This document shows positions 46,723 through 58,729 of a DNA stretch of 64,000 bases, in pieces (position 1 is the stretch's first letter; each line of letters begins with the position of its first letter). The DNA comes from Balamuthia mandrillaris (Eukaryota), in the NCBI GenBank assembly GCA_031835245.2, contig JAVKOQ020000064.1, forward strand, positions 124,001 to 188,000, read 5' to 3'. The notes under the pieces were generated by a model. That model was not told where the DNA came from. It did not search any database and worked only from the letters and a program-made list of their open reading frames with translations. A program made the translations under genes and the position numbers.

Positions 46723-47686
46723 TCATTCCTTGTAGTACATCTCAATGGTGACCTTGCTGAACTCCCCAAAGGTCATGCCTCCTTCTCTGAACCTCTCCAC
46801 AGCACACTGCTTCACCTCCACTCCCTCCGGTGGGGCCATGTGCTGGTCAAAATTGGGCTGCATGAACACCGCGAGCGTCTCCCTGGTGATGCCTCTGCTC
46901 TCCGGCCACTTGATGGCCTGCACGGCGTGAGGGGTGGCGCGCAGCACGCCACCGCTCAGTATTTGGGCCGTCTCTCCGATTTGGTAGGCAATGTAGTTGC
47001 TCGGCATGCGCACTTTGAACTCCTCTCCGTCCCTTCTCCTCACCCAAAGACCGGCCTCACCATCTGGACAAGGCACCGAAACGTAGTCTCCTTCTCCTTT
47101 CTCAGAGGAGGTGAAATAGGCAGCAGGACAGAGAGCAGTGAGAGCACCGTGGTCGTTGTGCCAGCCGCACCAAGAGTCGCGAGTGCGAGGGGTTTGGTCC
47201 TCGTCCACGGCAAAGTAGTGCAGCAGGCGGGCCTTGCAGGTGCGAGATTCCTTGATGATATCCTGGAGAACGTTGTCCCCGTAAGTAGGACTTTGGGCCT
47301 TTACTGCTCGTATTACGATGATAAGAAAAGAAGAAACAAATGGTAAGAAGAGAGGAGAGAATAAAAAGGCAAGGCCGAAGAGAGAAGAAAGGAGAAAGGC
47401 GAAGGAGAAAAGAGGAAGGAAAGAGAGGCATACAGAGAATACAAACCGTGCCTATCGCACTGCTCCGCAACGAGCTCTCCTACCTGAACCATGAGACGGC
47501 CCAACCGCTTGAAACTGGGTTCCAGCTGAGGAAAGTCCTCGCGCGGCCACACGTTGGGAAGGCAGACCTCTGGGAAGTTCTTGATCATCTCAGGGTCCTC
47601 CGTGGGCACGTCGTACTGCGGGTTAGCATAGAAGGAGCCTTTGAACGTGTCAAACTGACCTGTTTGTTTGTGTGTTAGTTTCCGTT

Positions 47687-47729
<43 letters not shown>

Positions 47730-47787
47730 CGAGAGACGGCGGGACACAAAGAGAGGGAGAGAGAGGGAGAGAGAGAGAGAAGAGATC

Positions 47788-47832
<45 letters not shown>

Positions 47833-48275
47833 AGGAATCAGTTCAGTAATTTCTTTGTTTGTTTACCTGGTTTGAGGATCTCTTTGCCGTGACTCCAACC
47901 GAAGCTGTAGCCAGACTCGGGGCTTTCCAGCTTTTTCTTGGCCTCCTCGGGGAGGTGCGCAAACTCCACGGCCAGCCGCATAAACTCCTCCCGGTACTCG
48001 GCAAACTGCGGCACGTTCTTCACGACCAGCAGGCCGATGCCGTGGTAGCCAAAGGCCTCCTCGATGGAGGCCGAGAGGTCGGCGTGGCTCTCCAGGCCGG
48101 CATAATCCAGGACAACTACGCCGTGTTCTGTTTTCTCCACAGGAAGCTTTATTTTATTGTTCAGTGTGATTGGTGAACGAAGCAAAAAAACAAAAAAAAA
48201 AAGAGCGAAGCGAGGAGGAAAGAAACGAAGCAGACGAGAAAGAAAACAGCGTACAGAGGACGTGGCGGACTGCAT
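46723..48275 (-). CDS. 2-oxoglutarate/Fe(II) dioxygenase (isopenicillin N synthase-like), multi-exon
   Basis: YSFGWSHGKE, KGSFYANP, NVWP, RLLHYF, WCGWHNDHGALT (HxD), ATPHAV, RETLAVF. Confidence 0.9.
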
Positions 48276-48473
48276 CTTCTTAGCGAAGCGGCGTGTTCCT
48301 TTCTTTTACTTCTTTTTCGTTGTTTTATTTTTTTTTTTGATTGCGAATAATGGGAGGAGGTGCCATGTGGCACCTTTGCCAAAAATTGAATAGAGTAAAA
48401 CACATTAGCGAACTCAAAACACGCCGATCTTTAGTAAAAGGCGAAAAATCGATACGTTCTGTTCTGAGTTCTG

Positions 48474-51400
48474 TGGAACGTCCCACCCCACAACGCTGCA
48501 AAGTCCCACCACCCTCGGTAAACGTCCCCACCCTCAGGTAATTTACCCACCCTAATATGTATTTACAATAACCCATTATTTTGTGCTATTTGCCACCAAA
48601 GCGTGTACAATATTATTTAGAGAGGCGGAGAAAAGGATCAGAAAAACCCGGCACTATTTCTTTTGTGCTTTTTTTTCGTTTTGTTCTTTTGGCCAGTCTT
48701 TTCTTTGTCACGCTGGGCACCTTTTCTTCGTTCTGTTCTTTTTTTGAGGAGAGAGGAGCTTCACGACCTGTGTTTTCTGGTACCGTGGGTTGGGCTTCAG
48801 TTGTCGTTTTGGAGAGAGAGGCTTCCTTTTGTCCACTCGGGGATCCTGGTAGTTCACCACGGGTGCGACGCCATAGATCTCTTCCGTTTTACAGTTCTTT
48901 TGCCATTGAGAGGTACGCTTTGCTTTGCACTCTTCAAAAATGACAAACATCAACTTCAGAAAAAGAATCTGCTTGATACAAAAAGTGACAAACATACCAC
49001 TTTGCGTTTTTGTTTTTTGATTTTGTTGTTTTTTTGGTGCAGCCGCCGCCACCGCCGCTGCCTTTTTCTTTGTTGTTTCAGGTTTTGTTAATTTTGATTG
49101 AAAGGTACGTTCGGTTTCTGGTGTTTGTGTGAGGTGTTAGCTAAAAGTAGGAAAGGAGGGAGAGATTTTGTTTAAAAAAAAGAGATACTAACTTAATTCA
49201 AGCAAACATTCTTCTGTGAGTCGCAGGTTGGTTGCTACTTTCGGCCGCTTTGTTGTATTGCGCGGCCTCCCAGGTGATGACTTCCCTGTAGCATATGCGA
49301 TTGCTTGTTCTGCTTCTTCCTTGCTAGAGTACTCGATTTTTGGCTCCACTGGATGTTGATGCTTTGTTCCTTGATTTTTGTTTGCATTCAGTTTGTCTTT
49401 CTCCTTTTCCTTCTCCTCCTCCTTCTCCTCCTTCTCCTCCTTCTCTTCTTTCTTATTGTTGTGTTCTTCTCCTTCAGAAGTTTCTTCCTCAAGATCTCCG
49501 CCGTCGTCCTCACCAAGTTCATCCATCGATGGCTCCTCCAACAGTAGCAGCGCCTGCTGTTCCTCGGCCTGTTCATCTCCCTCCTCTCCTTCCACATCTT
49601 CATCATCAAGGGTAACAGGCGCTACACGTTGCTCCAGGGAGTCAGTATCATCTGCTTCAACGATGTCATCTTCAACTATTCTTGCCACTTGTGAGGTGCT
49701 GCTGTTGGTGCGTCTTGTTTGTCTTTTCAGCCCAAGCTCTAAAAGGTTCTGATCTGAAAATGTTTTCTGTAGATGAGCAGCAAGTCCAAAAACGTGTTTG
49801 CACCTCCTACCATAATACCGAAAGTAAGGACAGGGGCATGAAGGCAATTCTATAGTCACGTCGTACTCATTCCATTTGAAAACGCCGTCAGCAAGCTCTA
49901 CAAAATGTGCGTTCAATCCTTCTTCTACCTCTTTTTCCTCTCTGTCGTTGTTGTTGTCATCGTTTTTGCTGCCATTCTCTATTTCTTCTTTTTCTTTCTG
50001 TTTCTCACTCTGTTGGTGCTGTGCCAGCCGCAATCCCTCTTGATATCTCCTCCAAAGCCGGCAAACACCAAGGCTTGGGCGTTGCGGTAGTACATCGATG
50101 CGGTTGAGCTCCACATTGTAGCGGCGAAACACATTGTCTGCTAGCGTTAAGACCAAGTTGTGATCCCCTTTGGTGCCTTTGCAGTGGAAATCACGAAGAA
50201 TGCTACGAAAGATCGTCTCTGTTGCATTGTTGGTATTCCACAAGCCCTCTCGGTACCCAGGACGATCAATGCTTTTCCACGTTGATGCCCATGGAGGAGA
50301 AAGCCAGTTCTTGTCAAAGTACTGCCAAAAACGGGTAATCCTCTTTTTTTGGCAATAGTTCTTCAACACTTTTGTTGCTTCTTCCTCTGCATCTTCTGTC
50401 ATGGCATGTTGCAGTCTTTTTAACAAACCCAATACACTTCCATCATCCTTCCCTTGTTGTTTGGTATTATTGTTAGTTTCTACTTGTATGAGCAACAACG
50501 AGAGGGAGAGAGCAGATGCATGAAAGAGAGAGAACAAACCATACTGCGCAACTTTTTTTCTCCACAGTTGTTGTGCATGAAAGTCACACAACCCCACCTG
50601 AAAGCCAGCACTTGTCGCCCCGTTACGCTCCACCTTGTCTTTGTCGATCATTACGAAGGGTTGCCACGTAGGTTTTGGGGAGTAGATCGTTGTCGTCTGT
50701 GTCTCAAAAAAGTGACGAACAGACGAAAGGAAAAAGCGCACAACTGCTGCTCGTTCCTTGCTAGCAACAGCGAAGGCAACAGGCCAGCTCCGTCCCAAGT
50801 CATCTTGCACCACCAGTGCCCAAACGGGGGGATGTGACTTGGATAGCTTGTAGATGCTGTCCAGGCCGACTACATCCTTACCCCATCGCTGAAGCACAGT
50901 GACTGCATAAGGCGCGATCAGAAAAATCATCCATGGCCGACGGGCCGCCGTGCGATCAAGGATGTACGTTTCACGGCTCTCCAAAGGTGGGAAAAGGATA
51001 GTAGAAGCCAGTTCTGGCCGATTCAAGGCCTCTTGGAGGGCTTCTGCTCTGGTTTGCCCTTTCTTGCCGATTCGCAGTTTTTTCCTTCCGTTGTGGATTA
51101 CAGTGGCAATCTCCTGCACAGTGGGTACATCCCGAGCATCCTTGCCCAGCTCACAAGCGCCCCCCAGCAACATTCGTTGCAGCTCGTGCGCCGTCATTGC
51201 TCCTCCTCTCCCATTCATTCCGTCTTCTTTTGTTCCTTGCCCATCCATCTGGCGGAGCCACTGCCGAAGCGCAGGTGTCATAGGCAAAGCGGAAGGCGCG
51301 CAAACCCCAGGTCCGTGGCTTTGGGCTTCCTTCTGGATGTAGATGTAGGCAGTGTTTAGCTCATCTCTAAACACCACCCAACGGCTTTGTACTTCACAGT

Positions 51401-52158
51401 CCTTTAGTTTTTTGTTCTTCTTTCCTCTTGCAGGAGGAGCACAGGCAAAGCCGCCAGAGCAGTGAAGATTCTCGCTGAGTGCAACCTCAAGGACCCCATT
51501 CTTCACCTTCTTGACTTTAGGCGCCACCAACACTTTCACTCCTTCAAGGGTGGGCCGCGGATTACTAAGCACCTTCACTCCTGTTCGCTTTGTAAGCCCA
51601 CGAGTTGATCTCCATTGGACTCGATAAAAGGTCGGAGCATCCTCTCCACCATTGTACAACCGTGAAAGCTGCTGCAATGGAACCTTTCGTTCAAAAATCC
51701 ACCCGTAAATCTCGGCAAATCTTTTTTTCTTCGCTTCCATAATGAGAAAAAAAAAAAGGAAAAAACAAAAAGCCAAACAAACAAAAAAGGTGTGGGATGG
51801 TTGTGTGTAGCTGTTTCTAGTTGAAAGAAAAAAGTTAAAGAAGAAGACCTTGTTACAACCCAAGAAAAAGTAACGGTAACGTTATTGAAAAAAAAAGGCG
51901 GGAACAAAAAGAAAAGTATGGCGGGCAAGAATGGTGAGAGGAATACCCGTTGACCAAGGATACAGCATGCTTTCAATTCCTGACAGTTTCTTTTACAACG
52001 GTTATTCCTCTCGCCAAGCAAAGAGAAACACAGTAGCAATGTAACGATAGAGTTACTCATAATTCATGTCACCCTAATAGGTTGGGACTTTTACCTGAGG
52101 GGTGGAATTTTTATCGGTGGGGTGGGAAGTTTATGGTCGTGGGGTGGGATATCTACCA
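48474..52158 (-). mobile_element. Mutator-like (MULE) DNA transposon with imperfect ~85-bp TIRs
   Basis: The left end tcccaccccac...tcccacc...ccctcaggtaa matches the reverse complement of the right end ttacctgagggg...ggtggga...gtggggtggga. It encloses a MULE transposase. No clean TSD was found. Confidence 0.8.
49188..51740 (-). CDS. MULE DDE transposase with SWIM zinc finger
   Basis: D1 VGLDSIYK...DDLGRSWPVAF, D2 VMIDKD, CDFH (CxxH), E in TNNATE, SWIM CPCPYFRYYGRRCKH. A probable in-frame intron lies at ~50455-50540. The C-terminus has an AT-hook-like PGRPR. Confidence 0.88.
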   Translation of the reverse strand: MEAKKKRFAEIYGWIFERKVPLQQLSRLYNGGEDAPTFYRVQWRSTRGLTKRTGVKVLSNPRPTLEGVKVLVAPKVKKVKNGVLEVALSENLHCSGGFACAPPARGKKNKKLKDCEVQSRWVVFRDELNTAYIYIQKEAQSHGPGVCAPSALPMTPALRQWLRQMDGQGTKEDGMNGRGGAMTAHELQRMLLGGACELGKDARDVPTVQEIATVIHNGRKKLRIGKKGQTRAEALQEALNRPELASTILFPPLESRETYILDRTAARRPWMIFLIAPYAVTVLQRWGKDVVGLDSIYKLSKSHPPVWALVVQDDLGRSWPVAFAVASKERAAVVRFFLSSVRHFFETQTTTIYSPKPTWQPFVMIDKDKVERNGATSAGFQVGLCDFHAQQLWRKKVAQYGLFSLFHASALSLSLLLIQVETNNNTKQQGKDDGSVLGLLKRLQHAMTEDAEEEATKVLKNYCQKKRITRFWQYFDKNWLSPPWASTWKSIDRPGYREGLWNTNNATETIFRSILRDFHCKGTKGDHNLVLTLADNVFRRYNVELNRIDVLPQRPSLGVCRLWRRYQEGLRLAQHQQSEKQKEKEEIENGSKNDDNNNDREEKEVEEGLNAHFVELADGVFKWNEYDVTIELPSCPCPYFRYYGRRCKHVFGLAAHLQKTFSDQNLLELGLKRQTRRTNSSTSQVARIVEDDIVEADDTDSLEQRVAPVTLDDEDVEGEEGDEQAEEQQALLLLEEPSMDELGEDDGGDLEEETSEGEEHNNKKEEKEEKEEKEEEKEKEKDKLNANKNQGTKHQHPVEPKIEYSSKEEAEQAIAYATGKSSPGRPRNTTKRPKVATNLRLTEECLLELS

Positions 52159-52317
52159 TTTTGCGTTCTGTGTTAATTTTTCTGAATTGGCCAGGTTTGC
52201 AATTTATAGTTGAGTTCGTAGCTCAGGATTATGGGATTTCGGATATGAGAGTAGACAAATTGTCACTGCGCTTTTTAGCTGCAATGGACAGGAGAGCGAT
52301 TGAAAGCAAAAAAAAAA

Positions 52318-52659
52318 ATGGAAGGGACGCAAAGAGGAGGACCCATCCAGCAACGGATCGAAGAGAAGCTGCGAACCCACCTCCACCCGCTCGCCCACTG
52401 CGAGGTGGTCAACGAGAGCGACCGCCACTGCGTGCCCAAGAACTCGGAAACGCATTTCAAGGTGTTGCTCGTGAGCGAGCGCTTCGAGGGGCTCTCCCTC
52501 TTGGAGCGGCATCGCCTGGTGAATCAGGCCTTGGTGGAGGAGCTGCAGGGCGGCGTGCACGCCCTCTCCATCAACGCCAAAACGCCGACGCAGTGGGAGA
52601 AGCTGCAGGAGAAGAAGATCCATGACACTCCGGCTTGTTTAGGTGGCATCCGCAAATAA
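52318..52659 (+). CDS. bolA: BolA family protein (BOLA1-like)
   Basis: EVVNESDRH...ETHFKVLLVSERFEGLSLLERHRLVNQAL...GVHALSINAKTP. Confidence 0.93.
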   Translation: MEGTQRGGPIQQRIEEKLRTHLHPLAHCEVVNESDRHCVPKNSETHFKVLLVSERFEGLSLLERHRLVNQALVEELQGGVHALSINAKTPTQWEKLQEKKIHDTPACLGGIRK

Positions 52660-52805
52660 TATTGTTTTAAAAAAAGAGAGCAAGATTTTGTTTATAGCAG
52701 ATTAGATTCGTTGTTTTGGATTTGTTTTTTTACATCGTTATTGTTTTCTTCTTTCGTTCTTCCGTTTCTTCTTGTTCTTCTTCTTGTTCTTCTTGTTCTT
52801 CTTGT

Positions 52806-55028
52806 TTAAGAAGTCTCTTCTTTCTTTTCTGCTTCTTCTGTCGTTGTTGATGATGAAGATGAACCCTTCAAACCAACTGTTGAGGTGGAAGCTCCGTCTT
52901 TTGAAGAAGAAGAAGCAGTTCCTTTATCGACATCAGTAGGAGAAGAAGAAGATTTGTTGTTGTTTGCTTGTTGTTTCTCTGCCCCGCTTCCGCTTCGCAG
53001 TTCCATCTGCTTTAACCGTTGATCCAATGCATGTAATGCTAATGCTCTGTTTTTTGTTATATATAAAGGTAAGATAGAGAGAGAGAGAGAAGAAGAGAGA
53101 GAGAGAGAGAAAAGCTCTGAAAGAGAAAGAAAGTGAAAAAAAAATGAAGCAAGAAATACCTTCTGCGTTCAACATCAGCAGCAGAGGAAGCAGCGGAGGA
53201 GGAAGCAGCGGAAGAGGAAGACGCAAATGGAGACTCGATATCGGAGGAAGACTCTGTGTGATGCCCCTTCAACGGACACAAACGACATAGCCTTAACAGG
53301 TTGTAGAAGATGTCTCCAATGGTGCTCATTGTTGGTCTGGATGAAGCAGAGAGAAGAAAGTGGATAAGGAAGAAGGAGAGGAGAAGGCAGCAAAAGAATG
53401 ACTTACTGCATGTTTTCCGGGAAGAAGCTGCTAAAGGAGAATCCAGGAGTAAGATCGCCAACAACGGACTTGTTTCCGGGTTGTCGTTGGAAGAAACGAA
53501 GATACACCCAAGAAACGACCAAACCCCAAAACATGAATGGTTGTGGAGCTCTGAACAAGATTGCCATCAATACAGACAAACAAAAAACAATCATTGGAAG
53601 TTGCTAACAGAAAGAGAAAGGTTAGAAAGAAAAAGAAGAACAAGAAGAAGAACAAGAAGAAGGAGGAGGAGGAGGAGGAGAAGAAGAAGAAGAAACAAGG
53701 AGGAGGAAGAAGAAGAACAACAACAAGAAGAACAAACAAGCAGAAGAAAGAAGAAAGAAGAAGAAGAAGAAGAAGAAGAAGAGAGTGTGAGAGAACAAGA
53801 GGAACAAGAAGAAGAAGAAAACCTTGACTCGTAGCTTGACAAAGAAGAACGTAATTTCTCGTTCGGGGTGAGCTTGCTTCATGGTGACCACCAAACCAGC
53901 AAACAAGGCGCCACTTCCATACACCGAGTATTCAAATCTGTTTATGTTTGTTTATGTTGCTTTAGTCTCAACACGAGAAAGAGAAAGAGAAAGAGAGAGA
54001 GAGAGAGAGATAAAGAGAGGAGAGAACAAAGAAAAAAATATGAAAGAAGAGAGACAGAAAAGAAGAGCAAAGAAAGAATACATACAGAAGGTCAGTGCTG
54101 TAGGTGCAAAGGTAGACGATGAAGATGCAACAAAAAGTGATAATGCTGGAAAGAATAGTGACCACCAGCACAAAGCGAAGGAACTCGATAGTGCCCCACA
54201 TCAGTTCCAGTTGCCTTCCGGTTTGCAGAAGGATGAGCACCGTTACAAGCACCTTTGCAACAAAGTTAGTACACAAAGTAGAGAAAATGGAACAGAGCAG
54301 AATAGCAGACGAGAGAGAAGGAAAGAGTACGCCAAGGAAGTTAGTTTCGACGAAAGCAGAAGTAATAAGGTTCCACACCCAAAAGTGGGCCAAGAACGTA
54401 CTGTTGAACACAAAGAGAGAAAAAAACATTAGGCAAAGAGAGAAAGAGAAGAGAGAACGAAAGGAGCAGCGAGAGCAGCGAGGGTAGTAAGAGAGCGAGA
54501 GCAGCAAGAGAGCGAGAGCAGCAAGAGAGCGCGAGAAGAAAGAGGAAAGAGAGCAGAGAGAGCAGAGAGGACGGAGAAGAAAGAGGAGAGCAGAGATGCA
54601 GAGAGAAAGCGAAGAGAGAGAGAGAGAACAACGAGAGAAAGGACCAGAACTTGAGAAGAGTGAACAAAAGGACACGAGAAGGAAAGAACATCGAACGAGA
54701 GAGAAACGAGACAAAGAGAGGAAGCGTAGAAGCAGAGAAGAGAGTAGACGAGCATACTTTGCAGGGATCAAGGCGAGGACATTGAACAAGGGCGGGTAGA
54801 GGAGCGTGAGAACGAAAAACAGAGGGACGGTCACCACCAACGCTTTGGTGAGAGGCGGCGTCTCCTTCCAAAACTCTGCTGGGTTGGCCAGCGCCGTCTA
54901 GAACAGCAAGCGTTGCGTACCCATCATTAGGCAACAAAGATTAGATCTATCCATCCAGTGAGAGAAAGAGAGAGAGAGAGAGAGAAGAGAACCTGAATGG
55001 AGTGTTCACCCGTTCCTTGCGCTACCAT
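52806..55028 (-). CDS. TMEM115: TMEM115/DUF1751 rhomboid-like Golgi membrane protein (multi-exon)
   Basis: FWVWNLITSAFVE, GRQLELMWGTIEFLRF, KQAHPE, SWVYLRFFQR...GDLTPGFSFSSFFPE, DVERRR|RALALHALDQRL. Confidence 0.85.
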
Positions 55029-55565
55029 GATGAAACTAACTGCTGAGGCCTCTCGTTCTTCGTCTCTTCTCTTTGTTGTGTGTTGTTTGTTTATTAAAAC
55101 AAAAAACTAAGATAGCACGGCTGTGGAGAGGGGTTGTGGCCAAGAGGAGGAGGAGGAGGAGCACCGCTGCGGAAGGCGCCTTTTTCGTCTTTTCTTTCTT
55201 CCTTTTTTTTTGTGGCTTTGGCAAATTCGTGGTTTTTTGGTAGTCCACCGGGATCGTTTCGCCCGGTGGTGGAATGACATCAGCATCCCCGCTATGTGCA
55301 ATGGCAGGACTGCCGCACACGTCAGCGGGAAGAGCGCTTGGATAGCGAGCGAGTTGTGTCCAAAGGAAGCGGTGCAGCTCACAAGACCAAAGTGTGCAAC
55401 ATTGCTGCACTTTTTGTTGCCATAAAATTAATAATATCGAAACAAACGATAATAATTTGAACGCATGAAAAACATTTAAATTATTACGATAATCAATAAC
55501 CTTAGCACAAAAAAAGGAAATTTTTGAAGAAAATTCAATAAATTATTTCGAATTGAGTAACAAAA

Positions 55566-58519
55566 ATGAAGAGAAGCAACAAACGACGCAAAGATCTGCT
55601 GCTCACGCTCGACGCGCTTCCCTACGACGTCCTCCTCCTCATCTTCTCCCACTTGGAGGACCCCTGGGACCTCCTCCTCAACGTCTCCCTCGTGTCCCGC
55701 CACTTTCACGCCGTCGTTTCCCAATCCGATTTTTTGTGGAAACGGATTTACGTTCACTCTCTCACCGCTTCGAAAGAAGATGAAGCAGCAGCGACGAAAG
55801 GAGATGAGGAGAGGGTCATCGTTGGAGGCAGGAGGCGTGTGCGCCTACGCAACGAACGCTTCCGAAAGTTTAGGCAAGGGGCCTTGGAGTGGCTGCTGGC
55901 GGAGAGAAAGATTCTGGCCGCTCGATTGAAGCAAGCAGCAAAAGAAGAGGTAGATGATGATGATGATGGAGATGAAGAAGAAAGAGAAGGAGCGAAAGAG
56001 GAACAACGTGGGTGGTTGCATCGTTGTCGGCTTTATGCTACGCGACGGCAAAGACTGCATCAAAGCTTACTGTGGCGAGAGGAGGAAGAAAGAGAGGCAG
56101 ACAGAGAAGAAAAAGAAGATGAAAGAGAGGACGAAGGAGGAGAGGGAGGAGGTCAGAAACAGCGACACTTTTACTTTATGTTTCATGAGGCTCTGCTCTA
56201 TGCGACAAGAGCGACGGGCGTGAGAGGAGGAGAAGAGGAAGTCGCAAAGGTGGACGACCACGACGACGACGACAGGCGAGACCGAGGAAGCGAAGAGGAG
56301 AGGAACTTTGGAGAGGTGTTGTTGCTGTTCTTTCCGGATTTGTGGCGAGTGTATCGCTTGGCCATTCGCTCCTTTCCATCCCTGCAACATAGAAGAAGAC
56401 AGTCTCTCTTTTCTTCTTCTATCATGAAGCAAAGAGAGAAAGAGAAAGAGAAGGAAGTAGAACAAGGGAGAGAAGAAGAAGAAGAACAAAAAGAAGAAGA
56501 ACGAGAAGAACGGGGAAGAGAAGGATGGGAGGAAGAGCTGTTAATGATGTTGGCGGTTAGATTGAAAGCACCGCCAAACGCAAGCAAGTATCCTACGCAG
56601 CAGTCGCACATGAAGTTTCGATCCAGCATTACAAATAGGTTCATTTCTTTTCTTGTTTTTTCGTCTTTCTAGTTGTTTGTTGTTGCTGTTGCTGCTGCTG
56701 CTGCTGTTGTTGCTGTTGCTGTTGCTGCTGTTGTTGTTTTTCTTGTTCTTCTTCTTCTTGTTCTTCTTCTTGTTGCTGCTGTTGTTGTTGTTGCTGTTGC
56801 TGCTGTTGTTGTTCTTCTTGTTGTTGTTGCTGCTGTTGTTGGTGTTGCTGTTGCTGCTGTTGCTGCTGTTGCTGCTGTTGCTGCTGCTGTTGCTGCTGCT
56901 GTTGTTGCTGTTGCTGTTGCTGCTGTTGTTGTTCTTCTTGTTGTTATTGCTGCTGTTGTTGTTCTTCTTGTTGCTGTTGCTGCTGTTCTTGTTCTTCTTA
57001 TTCTTGTTCTTCTTGTTCTTCTTCTTGTTCTTGTTCTTGTTCTTGTTCTTGTTCTTCTTCTTCTTCTTCTTCTTCTTCTTCTTCTTTCTAAGGATTCAAC
57101 AACAAAATAGAGTTCTGGACTTGTTAGAAGCTTTTGTAGAAAGAGAATGGGAACTGAGTTTTTCACAACCGCACAACGAAGAAGAAACGAGACTTTGGTT
57201 CTTAACTTGGTTGGAGAAGAACTTGATGAGACTGACAAGGGAAGAAGGAAAGTTGGATCAAAAGACCAGCAATCGAGTGATCACGTTTTATCAAAACGTG
57301 GAGAAGAAAATGAAGACGAAGACCAAAGACACAACGAAAGCGAAAGAAAAGGAAGAAGAGAAGGCGACGAATAACATCACCAATAAGAAGCTTTGGGCTT
57401 ATTCTCCTGCGGAGATTGCAAAACAACTCACGTTAGAAGATGCCACGATGTTCAGAACATTTGACGTAATGATTCTCTCCCATTTCTTTCTTGTCTTTCT
57501 CTATCTCTTGGTTTCGCTGTCGTTCTTCGCTTACTTCTTCCTCGGTATTCTTTATACTGAAAACCTTTTTCTTACATTTTATTTTAATAACAGAGACGAG
57601 ATTTTCTATTTGAAGGATGGTTAAAAGATCCAGACGCAACGGGAAGTCTTCGCCAGTACATTTGTCGATTCAATGCATTGAGTCACGCCCTTATTTATTC
57701 CTTGTTCACGATCGAGGACTCCAAAACAAGAGCGCAACACTACGAGAAGCTCGTTTCCATTGCCATCGTTCGTAGTTTTTTAAATCTTCTCTCTCTGTAG
57801 TTTTCTGCTTCTCTCTTTTAATCCACTCTATAACTTCTAAACAGCACTTAAAGAAGCTGAGGAATTTCAACTCCTTGACCTGCATCGTTGTTACACTACA
57901 GCAATTACAATTAGAACGAACGATAGAGCGTGTTGGCAAAAAGTACAAAAGAAAGCTTGCTAAGTACTACGAACAGACCAAAACCGGTGCTTATGCCTTG
58001 TCGAACTACCAAAGCAAAATGCAAACGACTTCCCCTGTCATTCCTTACATGTATGTTATCCACTCTCTTCTGCTCATTCCTAGCTTTTGTTCTCTTTCTC
58101 ATCTTTTTCTTACGAACGTGTCTCTAACAATAAAGGGGAACTATTCTCTACGAATTAATCTTTGCTGACTCCAGTAAGCCTTGCTTTCTCGTTCTCTCGT
58201 TCTCTCGTTTCTTCATGCTTGCGCTCTTCTCCCTATTCTCTTTTTCGTTCGTTCTCTTTTTGACTTAGAAACACAACAAACAGTATCGCCGGACAGATTC
58301 TCAAAAAGAGGATTAGAATGGCGTGGCATGGAGAACACGTGCGCCATCGTAATGCACGTGGCCGACACCCAGCTCCAGGTACAACATTTCCTGGACTCGA
58401 TCCCCTGCAACGCTCGCCTCAGCCAAGCCATTCAAGAGGCCTTGAAAGAATCCGAGCGCATCGATGCCAAGGCCTTGCACTCCCTTGGAAGACAGCTGCG
58501 TGCTGAAAGCAGGGATTAA
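55566..58519 (+). CDS. F-box + REM/CDC25 RasGEF-like protein (multi-exon)
   Basis: F-box LPYDVLLLIFSHL...VSLVSRHF...LWKRIY. RasGEF motifs SPAEIAKQLTL, RFNALS, LRNFNSL, PVIPYMG. Confidence 0.8.
56670..57085. repeat. Intronic (GTT/GCT/CTT)n compound microsatellite
   Basis: About 400 bp triplet array inside a RasGEF intron. Confidence 0.93.
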
Positions 58520-58729
58520 AGCGAATAACCTTTACTTTTAACGAACAAACAAAAGAGAGAAGAGAGAAAAGAGGAGGGTGTGTTTTAACAGTCCGAATCC
58601 CAATCAGAAGATTCTGTGTCAGAGTCGTAATCCATTCCCATATCTGTTTGTATAAAATAAATAATAATTAAATAAATAATATTTTAAAATAAAGAATAAA
58701 CAAAAATATAAAAATAAAGAAAAAGTGTT

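Noticed and set aside
56653..57238. Poly-L, poly-A/V and poly-T ORFs
   Set aside because: They come from an intronic microsatellite in the RasGEF gene.
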